From Bacteroidota bacterium (GTDB lineage Bacteria; Bacteroidota; Bacteroidia; NS11-12g; UBA9320), in NCBI GenBank assembly GCA_024679565.1, contig JAIBDD010000006.1:24177-88176 (forward strand): 64,000 nucleotides of DNA, given 5' to 3'. Both the position numbers and the translations under genes were made by a program. A model generated the notes under the pieces. The model saw nothing but the letters and a program-made list of their open reading frames with translations, was not told the DNA's origin and did not search any database. Below, one piece after another: positions 48,827 to 58,078 of this stretch. How positions within the stretch are numbered: position 1 is the first letter of the stretch; the number at the start of each line of letters is the position of its first letter.

Positions 48827-48977
48827 GCTGCAAAAGTAATTCAATGGATAATTAATGATTGGTAATTCACAATTAATGATTATGAATTAACGATTAACGA
48901 CAAAACGGTACTCGGGACAAATAGTATTATGTGCAAACGCAAGCTGAATGGTTTTACTCTTGATTCTTGGGTTTGAG

Positions 48978-49394
48978 TCATTCAGATCGAAGCCTGTCTT
49001 TTGACTCAATGCCACCTTGTCGAACAAAAAAAGATAGAATGCGCTGCTGAATCATGTTGTTCATCCTCCTATTGAGTTGTGAGGATATTTCAATGTATTT
49101 ATGATACTCTTCAAGTGTGAATAGTCCAATAATCAAGCCGCGCAGTTCGGTCTTCAACCGTGTACTCGTTTTAAACAAGTTAGTAATATATGGATCTATC
49201 TGAACCGGATTAAGTGATTCCATTGACCCTTTTGTCTGTTGCAAATAATGCACGAAACAACTTAAGATTAGGTCGTTTTGAAGCTTAATAATTGGTCGAA
49301 GCACCTCATTCTGAAATCTTTCTTCCTCACTAAAATTTAGAGTTAATTCAATACCCGGAATTTCTGGTCGAAGTTGTATTTTTAAATCACTCAT
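48978..49394 (-). CDS. hypothetical protein (small, cytoplasmic)
   Basis: 138 aa. Its start overlaps the stop of the upstream 346-aa gene by 8 nt, so they are in one operon. No recognisable motif. Confidence 0.4.
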   Translation of the reverse strand: MSDLKIQLRPEIPGIELTLNFSEEERFQNEVLRPIIKLQNDLILSCFVHYLQQTKGSMESLNPVQIDPYITNLFKTSTRLKTELRGLIIGLFTLEEYHKYIEISSQLNRRMNNMIQQRILSFFVRQGGIESKDRLRSE

Positions 49395-50427
49395 CTGATG
49401 TTGTTACTTTACTCCACACTTTGTCACTGTTCAGCTTAAACGATCCAAGGTGTTTTCTTTTCCAAGTGTGCGGTGGGATTAACGATAGAAAATGTTCATC
49501 TCTGTTTTCCTTTTCATACAAGTGATAAACCTCACCGATGATGGGCTCGAAGTCACAGTGAGTGTTGTACAGCAATTCATTAACGGCATATTCTTCTAGC
49601 AGTAATTCATACTCGGATTTAATGAGTTCAATCTTGCTTTTGAGTACATGATTAAAACCTGTAATTCCTCGATTTTTCCATATTGAGAGGTTGTTTGCTG
49701 TGATGCTTGGTGCACCCACATTTGTCCCATATGGCAAAAGTCTGGCATTATATGTTTGAGAATTCTCGTCAAATACGGCGCTGTCAGGACGCTTCTGTCT
49801 TTTGAAGTTAGGTGGATTTTCTTTCCTTGCGTACGGGATATTTGCAAATTTCTGTACTGATGAATATTGATCTAATCCAGTAACACAAATATCATTCGCT
49901 TTTTCTAAATCTAAGGAACCATCTTCTTCTACGTAATCATCTTCAGTTATAATGCACTGCACTTCTCCCACCAAAAGTCTACAATTGCTCTCTTGTAGCT
50001 CAATGTCTTCTGCCAGTTTCAATCCTATTTTAATACTACTTTCAGTAACGAATGGTGCATGGAACTTGTCCAAATAGGATTCCCCCAGATTACATTCCTC
50101 AAATTCGGATTGATTGGATTCGAATTTTACCGAAGTATAATGTGCTTGGTCTAGAAAGGATTTATGGACATGGTTGATGGAATAGAATGCTGTGTCTATT
50201 ATGTTTTTATAGGTGTGCCTCGGCACAGTAAGCGGCCTTATGATAAAACCGATCCTGGCGGGGTTTGAGCTTATGTGAACGATGGAATTAAAGATTGCCA
50301 AATTGGATATGCCGTCTTTGCTTTTGGTCCCGATAAGATGAACTCCCTTATACCCAGATAGCGAATTGATAAATTTTAATCGGTATTCAGTATTCCAATT
50401 ATTTATTTCTTTTTTTTGAACGATCAT
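49387..50427 (-). CDS. flavin-reductase-like (FMN-binding split-barrel) domain protein with a ~150-aa C-terminal extension of unknown function
   Basis: 346 aa. The N-terminal half (GISNLAIFNSIVHISSNPARIGFIIRP...NIIDT) matches the flavin-reductase-like domain pattern. The C-terminal extension is unassigned. Confidence 0.5.
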   Translation of the reverse strand: MIVQKKEINNWNTEYRLKFINSLSGYKGVHLIGTKSKDGISNLAIFNSIVHISSNPARIGFIIRPLTVPRHTYKNIIDTAFYSINHVHKSFLDQAHYTSVKFESNQSEFEECNLGESYLDKFHAPFVTESSIKIGLKLAEDIELQESNCRLLVGEVQCIITEDDYVEEDGSLDLEKANDICVTGLDQYSSVQKFANIPYARKENPPNFKRQKRPDSAVFDENSQTYNARLLPYGTNVGAPSITANNLSIWKNRGITGFNHVLKSKIELIKSEYELLLEEYAVNELLYNTHCDFEPIIGEVYHLYEKENRDEHFLSLIPPHTWKRKHLGSFKLNSDKVWSKVTTSDE

Positions 50428-50942
50428 ATGGTCTTATGACTAACTCTATGTAAAAACATCAGCCAGTTTATTTTGTTTTTGCTATGGTCCCTTTCTGCAA
50501 TTAACTCAGTAAATCAAATCGTTGTTCTTGTGCAGGCCGTGTCCTAGTTTTACTAATGAGTCTGATAACACCCCTGCTCTTTAAAGACTCTATTCTCCGT
50601 TCTGCAATTTGATCCAGGCCAAAACAACAGTCTCCTCTTAATAAACGACTGGTTTTGTTTATTTACGTTCCTTGGTGAAACATTAAGTTCTCGTGCTTAT
50701 GCATTCATGAAGTAAGAAGCCATTATACATGAAAGGTTGGACTGCTACATGGATTGGTATCCTCTATTTTAGGATAAGCCACCTGGATGAGATCTCCCGA
50801 ACATGCTGTATGTTAGGCGATGTAGGGTGGGCCTTTTTAACGAACTATTCGTCGACATCTGGGTTTGTAGACTTAACTCTTAAGTTAATCTTCTGAAATA
50901 TAGAGAATTACCACTCTCAATTCAACATTTTGTAATCAAAAT

Positions 50943-51530
50943 TTATAGATTCTGTTGCGCAATAGCACGTATTACCCAATTGCCATTAACGCCAACACCA
51001 TCATTCGAATTCCATGTTCCATCTTTGTCTTTAAGCCAATTCTTGGTCTCCTCATATGCCCCGTCAAATTCCTCAGCGAAAGAAGGGAAGCCCTTAGTAT
51101 CTAGTATCTCGAACGATACACGAACATCTTGACCGGCATCCAAATTGAGGTTACTCGATTTAATATTCAGATCGGTTAAAGAGGTTAATGATGAAGCCAT
51201 GGTGTGCTTCGAAGAATGAACCATCTCACCTGGGGCCGCATCCCCATTGTCTTTATAAATTTTTAGCAATAATTCTCTGTTTGCTGGTGTGTTGCCGGTT
51301 CCGCCAAATAAACACTGAATGTTTGTTATTTGGTAAGCGCCTGGGAGTCCTTCTAATGTAACAGCAACTTCCTCTCCAACTACATCAGTACCTCTAAACT
51401 TGGAGTCACCGCCGTCGCTATACCCATGAAATTGCATTTCGACCCGTCTTGTTGTTGGACCATCATCCGAATTACAAGAGAATAATACGAGGCCAAAAGT
51501 TGCCATTGAAAGAAGAATTAGTTTTTTCAT
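50943..51530 (-). CDS. hypothetical lipoprotein
   Basis: The track ORF extends to 51716. The ATG at 51530 gives the lipoprotein signal MKKLILLSMATFGLVLFSC. Mature protein is ~175 aa with no recognised domain. Confidence 0.5.
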   Translation of the reverse strand: MKKLILLSMATFGLVLFSCNSDDGPTTRRVEMQFHGYSDGGDSKFRGTDVVGEEVAVTLEGLPGAYQITNIQCLFGGTGNTPANRELLLKIYKDNGDAAPGEMVHSSKHTMASSLTSLTDLNIKSSNLNLDAGQDVRVSFEILDTKGFPSFAEEFDGAYEETKNWLKDKDGTWNSNDGVGVNGNWVIRAIAQQNL

Positions 51531-51842
51531 ATCTGAATTATATTTCGATTCGATAAAATTACAAAAACTAAATGCAATGTGTGTTGAGCCAAGACAAGAA
51601 TCTTTGATTAAATAAAAGTTACTCAGGGTATGACATTTGTCATAGGGTAACCTCAGTGTTGTCAGGGTAAAAGTGTAGGTAATAATGACATTTGCGTCAA
51701 TGTATAGGTCTTTCAACTTTTATGGATTTTTTGATTTAACCGTTTTGGTTAAACGCAACCCAGAATGAGTTAGGGCGGTAAGCCGGTCAAATGGCTAACC
51801 ATCATTCAGACATTCAATCATTTATCATTCAACATTAACAAA

Positions 51843-53003
51843 ATGCCTAGATATCACACATTAGGTCAAATTCCGAATAAACGACATATAACCTTTGAAA
51901 AACCAGGCGGAGGCCTGTATCAAGAGGAGCTTTTTGGCACTGCGGGTTTCGCAGGAATGTCATCCTTAATCTATCACCTTTATCCACCAACAGTAGTGAG
52001 CGAGGTTAAACGATTGGCGGACGTCACTCCCGAAATAGCGATTGAAAAAAATATGCAAGCCCTAAGTTTTCAGGGATTCAGTTTAACTCCCGAAAGCGAT
52101 TATATACAAAGCCGCAAAACGCTATTTGTTAATAATGACCTGCACATTGGCTTGGCAGCACCGACGAATTTTTCGCCGGATTATTTCTATCGCAATTCTG
52201 ATGCCGACGAAATGTTATTCGTGCATGCAGGTTCTGGAACAATGAAAACCATGTATGGAAATTTAAAATTTGGTTATGGTGATTATTTGATTATCCCAAG
52301 AGGGACGACCTACCAAATCGATTTTGATATGGAAGACAATAGACTATTGTATATAGAGTCGTTTAGTGAAATTACAACGCCTCGCAGATATAGAAACGAT
52401 TACGGGCAGTTTCTTGAGCATTCACCTTTTTGTGAACGAGATTTTAGATTGCCAACTGATTTAGAAACACATGATGAAAAAGGATCGTTTAAAGTGATAT
52501 CTAAAAAACAAGGAGTGTTATGGGAATACACACATTCGAATCATCCTTTTGACGTAGTAGGTTGGGATGGATTTAATTACCCATATGCTTTCTCGATTCA
52601 TGATTTTGAACCACTAACAGGCCGCATACATATGCCACCACCGATCCATCAGCAATGGGAGTCGGCGGGATTTGTGGTTTGCTCATTTGTTCCTAGGCTA
52701 TATGATTATCACCCGAAAGCGATACCAGCTCCATATCATCATAGCAATGTAGATTCGGAAGAGATTCTATACTATGTTGATGGCGATTTTATGAGCAGAA
52801 ATAACATTAAAAAGGGTCAAATCACCTTACATCCTGGTGGTATCCCACATGGGCCACATCCTGGTGCGATAGAGCGAAGCGTAGGTAAAACCAAAACAGA
52901 AGAGCTAGCGGTGATGATAGATCCATTTGCACCACTATCAATAACACAAGCAGCGATGGACTTGCAAGTTGACGACTATTACAAATCTTGGATTACAGAA
53001 TAA
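51843..53003 (+). CDS. hmgA: homogentisate 1,2-dioxygenase (short bacterial form)
   Basis: 386 aa with cupin-type HGD blocks (MPRYHTLGQIPNKRH...FEPLTGRIHMPPPIHQ...HPGGIPHGPHPG). Confidence 0.8.
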   Translation: MPRYHTLGQIPNKRHITFEKPGGGLYQEELFGTAGFAGMSSLIYHLYPPTVVSEVKRLADVTPEIAIEKNMQALSFQGFSLTPESDYIQSRKTLFVNNDLHIGLAAPTNFSPDYFYRNSDADEMLFVHAGSGTMKTMYGNLKFGYGDYLIIPRGTTYQIDFDMEDNRLLYIESFSEITTPRRYRNDYGQFLEHSPFCERDFRLPTDLETHDEKGSFKVISKKQGVLWEYTHSNHPFDVVGWDGFNYPYAFSIHDFEPLTGRIHMPPPIHQQWESAGFVVCSFVPRLYDYHPKAIPAPYHHSNVDSEEILYYVDGDFMSRNNIKKGQITLHPGGIPHGPHPGAIERSVGKTKTEELAVMIDPFAPLSITQAAMDLQVDDYYKSWITE

Positions 53004-53013
53004 AATCAATACA

Positions 53014-54171
53014 ATGGAGAACTTAACAGACGTAAAGAATTACAAATACAGTTTAGAAAAAATATTTCCGGAAGCCGATGATTTTTTGCCACTTCTCGGT
53101 ACTGATTACGTAGAGCTATATGTAGGGAATGCAAAGCAAGCCGCTCATTTTTACAAAACGGCGCTTGGATTTCAATCTTTGGCCTACGCTGGACTTGAAA
53201 CCGGACTTAAAGACAGAACCAGTTATGTAGTTGTTCAAGATAAAATTCGGTTGGTGTTAACTACACCGATGCCCGGTACAGAAAACAATGAAATATTTGA
53301 CCATATCACCAAACACGGAGATGGGGTGAAGGTAATTGCGTTATGGGTTGAAGATGCAAAAAAATCATGGGAAGAAACAACCAAACGGGGTGCTGTTTCA
53401 TTTTTTGAACCACGGGTAGAATCTGATAAAGATGGCGAAATGGTTCGGTCAGCGATTAGAACCTATGGTAATACGGTTCATGTTTTTGTAGAACGTAAAA
53501 ACTACAATGGTGTATTCTTGCCAAAATTTGAAAAATGGGAGTCACACTATAATCCTACAGAAGTTGGGTTGCGTTACATAGACCATATGGTGGGTAATGT
53601 GGATTGGGGAGAGATGAATGTTTGGGCTAAATTCTACAATGAAATTATGGGGTTTGCCAATCTTATTATCTTCGACGATAACGACATCTCAACAGATTAT
53701 ACGGCCTTAATGAGTAAGGTGATGACTAACGGAAACGGGCGTATAAAATTCCCAATAAATGAGCCCGCGGCAGGTAAGAAGAAATCGCAAATTGAAGAAT
53801 ATGTAGATTTTTATCAAGGGCCTGGATGTCAGCATATTGCGGTTGCGACAAACGATATTGTATTTACCGTTAGTGAGATGAAAAAAAGAGGCGTTGAATT
53901 CTTATATGTTCCAGGTACGTATTACGATACTGTAGCCAATAGAGTGGGGGAAATTGCAGAAGATTTAGATGTACTTAAAGAACATGGAATTATGGTGGAT
54001 CGTGATGATGAAGGGTATTTGCTTCAAATATTTACGAAACCTGTTACGGATAGACCAACCTTGTTTTTCGAAATTATTCAACGAAAAGGAGCACAGTCTT
54101 TCGGTAAAGGAAATTTTAAGGCGTTATTTGAATCCATAGAAGCAGAACAAGCGAGAAGAGGAACTTTATAA
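53014..54171 (+). CDS. hppD: 4-hydroxyphenylpyruvate dioxygenase
   Basis: The track start at 52969 overlaps hmgA. The ATG at 53014 is 11 nt after the hmgA stop. Two VOC modules and the C-terminal iron-site region (HIAVATNDI...QIFTKP...FFEIIQRKG) are typical of HPPD. Confidence 0.85.
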   Translation: MENLTDVKNYKYSLEKIFPEADDFLPLLGTDYVELYVGNAKQAAHFYKTALGFQSLAYAGLETGLKDRTSYVVVQDKIRLVLTTPMPGTENNEIFDHITKHGDGVKVIALWVEDAKKSWEETTKRGAVSFFEPRVESDKDGEMVRSAIRTYGNTVHVFVERKNYNGVFLPKFEKWESHYNPTEVGLRYIDHMVGNVDWGEMNVWAKFYNEIMGFANLIIFDDNDISTDYTALMSKVMTNGNGRIKFPINEPAAGKKKSQIEEYVDFYQGPGCQHIAVATNDIVFTVSEMKKRGVEFLYVPGTYYDTVANRVGEIAEDLDVLKEHGIMVDRDDEGYLLQIFTKPVTDRPTLFFEIIQRKGAQSFGKGNFKALFESIEAEQARRGTL

Positions 54172-55115
54172 TGAGTAAAATGACAAGACAAGAGCTGTTG
54201 GATGCTATAGAAGCAAAATACACAGCTCAAGGGCAAGATATGGATGTGCATCTTTCTGGATTGCTACATGCCGAAACCATGACTTATTGGGATTTCGCAA
54301 ACGTAGATGCGTTACTTTCTTTACAGATCAAACGGACGAATTTGCCTGATGAGATGGTGTTTATTATGTATCATCAAATCAATGAACTTTTGTTTAAAAT
54401 GATTTTGTGGGAGATTGAACAGATATCCCATAACGACTCTATCACACCAGATAAATTTGCCATGCATTTGGCTCGAATCAGCCGTTACTTCGACATGCTA
54501 TCCAACTCTTTTGATATTATGGCTGAAGGGATGGAGATTGCGCAATACATGAAGTTCCGTGATACACTCACGCCAGCAAGCGGATTCCAAAGCGGGCAAT
54601 ATCGAAAAATTGAGATTGCTTCAACAGAATTAATCAACCTGATTGACTTTAGATTTAGAAAGGACATAGATCGAGAAACACCGTATTCTCATGCCTTCGA
54701 ACACATGTACTGGCAAGCTGCTGGCAAAGATTATTCGACGGGTAAAAAGAGCAAACTCATGCAAAACTTTGAGAAAAAGTATCGTGTGGAGTTAATCAAT
54801 TATATGGAGGAGTACAATCTTGTAAACCTTTGGACCAAGTTTAAACAACTGCCTCAAGAATATCGAGAAAACAAAGCACTTATTGCCGAAATGCGTCATT
54901 ACGATTATACGGTAAATATAAGCTGGGTGATGCACCATTATAACGCTGCTTCTAAGTATTTAGATAGTGGTAAAGAGGGTGCAAAAGCTACTGGAGGTAG
55001 TGATTGGCACAAATACATGCATCCGCGTTACCAACGTCGTATATTCTTCCCTGAATTATGGAGCGAAGAGGAGTTGGAGAATTGGGGTGTTACGAACTTG
55101 GAAAATCACAAGTGA
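54171..55115 (+). CDS. kynA: tryptophan 2,3-dioxygenase
   Basis: 314 aa. Segments EMVFIMYHQINELLFKMILWEI and TPASGFQSGQYRKIE align to bacterial TDO heme-pocket blocks. The start overlaps the hppD stop (ATAATG). Confidence 0.75.
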   Translation: MSKMTRQELLDAIEAKYTAQGQDMDVHLSGLLHAETMTYWDFANVDALLSLQIKRTNLPDEMVFIMYHQINELLFKMILWEIEQISHNDSITPDKFAMHLARISRYFDMLSNSFDIMAEGMEIAQYMKFRDTLTPASGFQSGQYRKIEIASTELINLIDFRFRKDIDRETPYSHAFEHMYWQAAGKDYSTGKKSKLMQNFEKKYRVELINYMEEYNLVNLWTKFKQLPQEYRENKALIAEMRHYDYTVNISWVMHHYNAASKYLDSGKEGAKATGGSDWHKYMHPRYQRRIFFPELWSEEELENWGVTNLENHK

Positions 55116-55323
55116 TTTTCAAGTCTAAATTTTTATTTCTTAGTGTTTAATTTTTAATGGTCTCAAACGGGCATTAGTGCTCTTTGAGATTTGAGATTGA
55201 AAACTCAAATCGTGAAAGATTCAACAGATTCTTCGCTAGTTCCTAGCGTTCCATGCTCTGAATGACGGCCAATTAAACATTAAAAATTAAGAATTTAAAA
55301 TTGTTTTCAGCGAAGCGGAAAAC

Positions 55324-55986
55324 TCAATTTTGCCATAAAAATCGAAATAGAACGGTAGCTAACAAAGCAATCATCACATCCATCAAAAGTAAAACAGATG
55401 CATTTTGAAGGAAGTTTGTGTGGTCTCCCATAACAATGAGTACACCGCCAGCTACTGCAACCATAATCATAGGGATAATTAACGGAAAGCTTAATAACGG
55501 CATAATGATACCTCCAGCTTTTGTTTTTGAGGCAATCGCAGAGATGGTTGTAAATAGAACGCCCAAGCCAATAGAGAATAGTATGATTAGCGTAGCGTAG
55601 CGCCAGATATCCCATTGAACACCGTTGAAGAAAACGGCAAATAGCAGAAGGGTTAACAGGGTGATAGTTATGGATAGCAACGTGTTAAAAAGCATTTTGC
55701 TAAACAATACGGCTAACGGGTTTACCAATGTATGAAAATACAATAACCTACCGTCTCGTTCTTGAATGAAACTACGGGCAATGGCGTTCACCGCAGAGAA
55801 CAAAACAATAACCCAAAATAATGCATTCCATGTGGCTGGTTTTATAGAAGGGAAGCACAGGTTTGTGATAAAAACAGCAGACACTAGCTGCACCAATATG
55901 CCATTGATTGCATATCGATTACGCCATTCCGTTTTTATCTCCTTTAAAAAAAGGATTTTTGCCTGCCTAATTAGCCCTATTTGCAT
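55324..55986 (-). CDS. ABC-2-type transporter permease (CcmB-like)
   Basis: 220 aa, 6 TM, CcmB/ABC-2-like hydropathy. No cognate ATPase gene is adjacent. Confidence 0.55.
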   Translation of the reverse strand: MQIGLIRQAKILFLKEIKTEWRNRYAINGILVQLVSAVFITNLCFPSIKPATWNALFWVIVLFSAVNAIARSFIQERDGRLLYFHTLVNPLAVLFSKMLFNTLLSITITLLTLLLFAVFFNGVQWDIWRYATLIILFSIGLGVLFTTISAIASKTKAGGIIMPLLSFPLIIPMIMVAVAGGVLIVMGDHTNFLQNASVLLLMDVMIALLATVLFRFLWQN

Positions 55987-56011
55987 ATTTTTGCCCGCAA
56001 AATTACGTTAA

Positions 56012-56473
56012 ATGGACTTCCCACTTAGAAATTTAAACGAAACCGAAAAAGACAGCCTGAAAACCGCACCGATTTACGTTGGTTTATTGATTGCGTCTGT
56101 TGATGGTGAGGTGTCAAAAAATGAGCTAGCTCGTATTGAAGACATCATTAAAACGAAAACGTTCTCTGAACATAACGATGTGCATTACTTGTACACTGAG
56201 CTGGCAAATAATGACTTGTTAAGCAATATCAATACAATTTTTGACGGATTGGGTAGTTCAACAGATGAGCGTGTTTCTGGTGCGACTGAAGCATTAAAAA
56301 ATCTAAATTCAATATTGCCGAGGTTAAATCCAACGTATGCGTTGCAGTTCCGCGATTCGTTACACGATATTGCTGTAGAAGTAGCTAAAGCGTCTGGTGG
56401 AATATTTGGTATTGGAAGCATCAGCGACGAAGAGAAGGAAGTGCTTAACTTGCCAATGATCGACAAAGTTTAA
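56012..56473 (+). CDS. hypothetical protein
   Basis: 153 aa, soluble, no clear motif. It is 8 nt upstream of the biotin carboxylase gene. Confidence 0.4.
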   Translation: MDFPLRNLNETEKDSLKTAPIYVGLLIASVDGEVSKNELARIEDIIKTKTFSEHNDVHYLYTELANNDLLSNINTIFDGLGSSTDERVSGATEALKNLNSILPRLNPTYALQFRDSLHDIAVEVAKASGGIFGIGSISDEEKEVLNLPMIDKV

Positions 56474-56480
56474 ACAACTT

Positions 56481-57968
56481 TTGGGTAGCTTTAAAAAAAT
56501 ATTAATCGCCAATAGAGGCGAAATTGCCGTTCGAGTTATTCGAACTTGTCAAAAACTGGGTATCAAAACGGTTGCTGTTTATTCAGAAGCAGACCGATTC
56601 TCAAAACATATTAGACTTGCCGATGAGGCATTCTGTTTAGGTCCTGGGCCAAGTGCCGAAAGCTATTTACGTGCCGACAAAATCATAGACATTTGTAAAA
56701 CGCATCAGGTTGATGCGATTCATCCTGGTTATGGGTTTCTGTCAGAAAACGCAGGATTTGCGCGTTTGTTAACCCAAAACAATATTGTGTTGATAGGCCC
56801 TTCTCCAGAAGCGATGGAAGTGATGGGAAGTAAGTTGGCTTCCAAAGTAGCTGTGGCAAAATACGATGTGCCAATGGTGCCGGGTATTAATGAAGCTGTT
56901 GAAGATCCTAAAAAAGCAATCGAAATTGCTAAGGAGATTGGATTTCCAGTTTTAATTAAGGCAAGTGCTGGTGGTGGCGGTAAAGGGATGCGAATTGTAA
57001 ATGAAGAAAGTGAGTTAGAAAGCCAAATGAAAATGGCGATTAGCGAAGCGATATCTTCATTTGGTGATGGAGCGGTTTTTATCGAAAGATTTGTTCAAAA
57101 TCCACGTCATATTGAAATTCAAGTGCTTGGAGACAATCACGGTAACATTGTCCATCTATTCGAAAGAGAATGTAGCATTCAAAGAAGACATCAAAAACTT
57201 GTAGAAGAAGCACCTTCAGGTGTGTTAACAGAAGAACTACGTTCAGCCATGGGCGATGCAGCTGTTAATGTGGCTAAAGCTTGTGATTATTCTGGTGCAG
57301 GTACCGTAGAGTTTTTATTGGATAGCAATCACAATTTCTATTTCCTAGAAATGAACACGAGGTTACAGGTAGAACATCCTGTTACCGAATTAATAACTGG
57401 TTTGGACTTGGTTGAGCAACAAATTAGAGTTGCGGAAGGAGAGTCTTTGGCTTTTACGCAGTCAGACCTAACGATTAACGGACATGCGCTCGAACTTCGG
57501 GTGTGTGCTGAAGATCCGATGAACGATTTTTTACCTACAATAGGTCGAATCGAAACCTATAATCCACCTAAAGGAGAACATATACGGGTTGACGATTTTG
57601 TTGATGCAGGTTATGATATTCCGATTTTTTACGACAACATGATTTCGAAACTGATTGTTTGGGCACCGACCCGACTTGAGGCGATAGAAAAAATGAAGGA
57701 TGCCATTAATCGTTATGAGATTGAGGGCTTAGAAACGACATTAAGTTTTGGCAGTTTTGTTTTAAACCACCCAAACTTTGTTAGCGCAGATTTCGATACC
57801 CAGTTTGTTCCAAAATATTTTAGCACTGCACAAGTGCTTGAGTCAGAAAAGGCTAAATCGATGGCTGCGGCCTTGTTGGCCATAGAGTTGTTAAAGTCTG
57901 GCGACAAACCTGTTGTTTCTGAAGGGAAACGCGATTCGGACTGGTTCGTAAATAGACGAAACGCATAG
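56481..57968 (+). CDS. biotin carboxylase (ATP-grasp; AccC/PycA-type) with no BCCP or carboxyltransferase gene in the window
   Basis: 495 aa. Sequence KILIANRGEIAVRVIRTC...GGGGKGMRIV...EMNTRLQVEHPVTE is a complete biotin-carboxylase N/central/C-domain set. Confidence 0.9.
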   Translation: MGSFKKILIANRGEIAVRVIRTCQKLGIKTVAVYSEADRFSKHIRLADEAFCLGPGPSAESYLRADKIIDICKTHQVDAIHPGYGFLSENAGFARLLTQNNIVLIGPSPEAMEVMGSKLASKVAVAKYDVPMVPGINEAVEDPKKAIEIAKEIGFPVLIKASAGGGGKGMRIVNEESELESQMKMAISEAISSFGDGAVFIERFVQNPRHIEIQVLGDNHGNIVHLFERECSIQRRHQKLVEEAPSGVLTEELRSAMGDAAVNVAKACDYSGAGTVEFLLDSNHNFYFLEMNTRLQVEHPVTELITGLDLVEQQIRVAEGESLAFTQSDLTINGHALELRVCAEDPMNDFLPTIGRIETYNPPKGEHIRVDDFVDAGYDIPIFYDNMISKLIVWAPTRLEAIEKMKDAINRYEIEGLETTLSFGSFVLNHPNFVSADFDTQFVPKYFSTAQVLESEKAKSMAAALLAIELLKSGDKPVVSEGKRDSDWFVNRRNA

Positions 57969-58078
57969 TCTAAGCCATTACCTAACACTCGTCTTGTATA
58001 TTTGGCTATTGGTCTTTTAGCGTTATCCATAAAGACTATATTTGTCTCTATTGCGTTTTCAAACCAATACGCCTAATT

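Noticed and set aside
50680-50720. tmRNA-like tag ORF (gct tat gca ttc atg aag taa, reading AYAFMK*) and a hammerhead-like CUGGAUGAG...CGAAC at about 50781-50801 inside the 515-bp non-coding region.
   Set aside because: The tag lacks the ALAA/AYAA terminus. There is no tRNA-like acceptor/T-arm (GGTTCGA) nearby. The hammerhead cores have an extra base (CUGGAUGAG versus CUGAUGAG) and CGAAC versus CGAAAC. The resemblance looks coincidental.
55987-56011. Only 25 bp separate the divergent starts of the CcmB-like permease and the 153-aa gene, suggesting a mis-called start.
   Set aside because: I could not find a better in-frame start with supporting features for either gene. Overlapping divergent promoters with leaderless starts are plausible in this taxon. 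Left as called, with moderate confidence.
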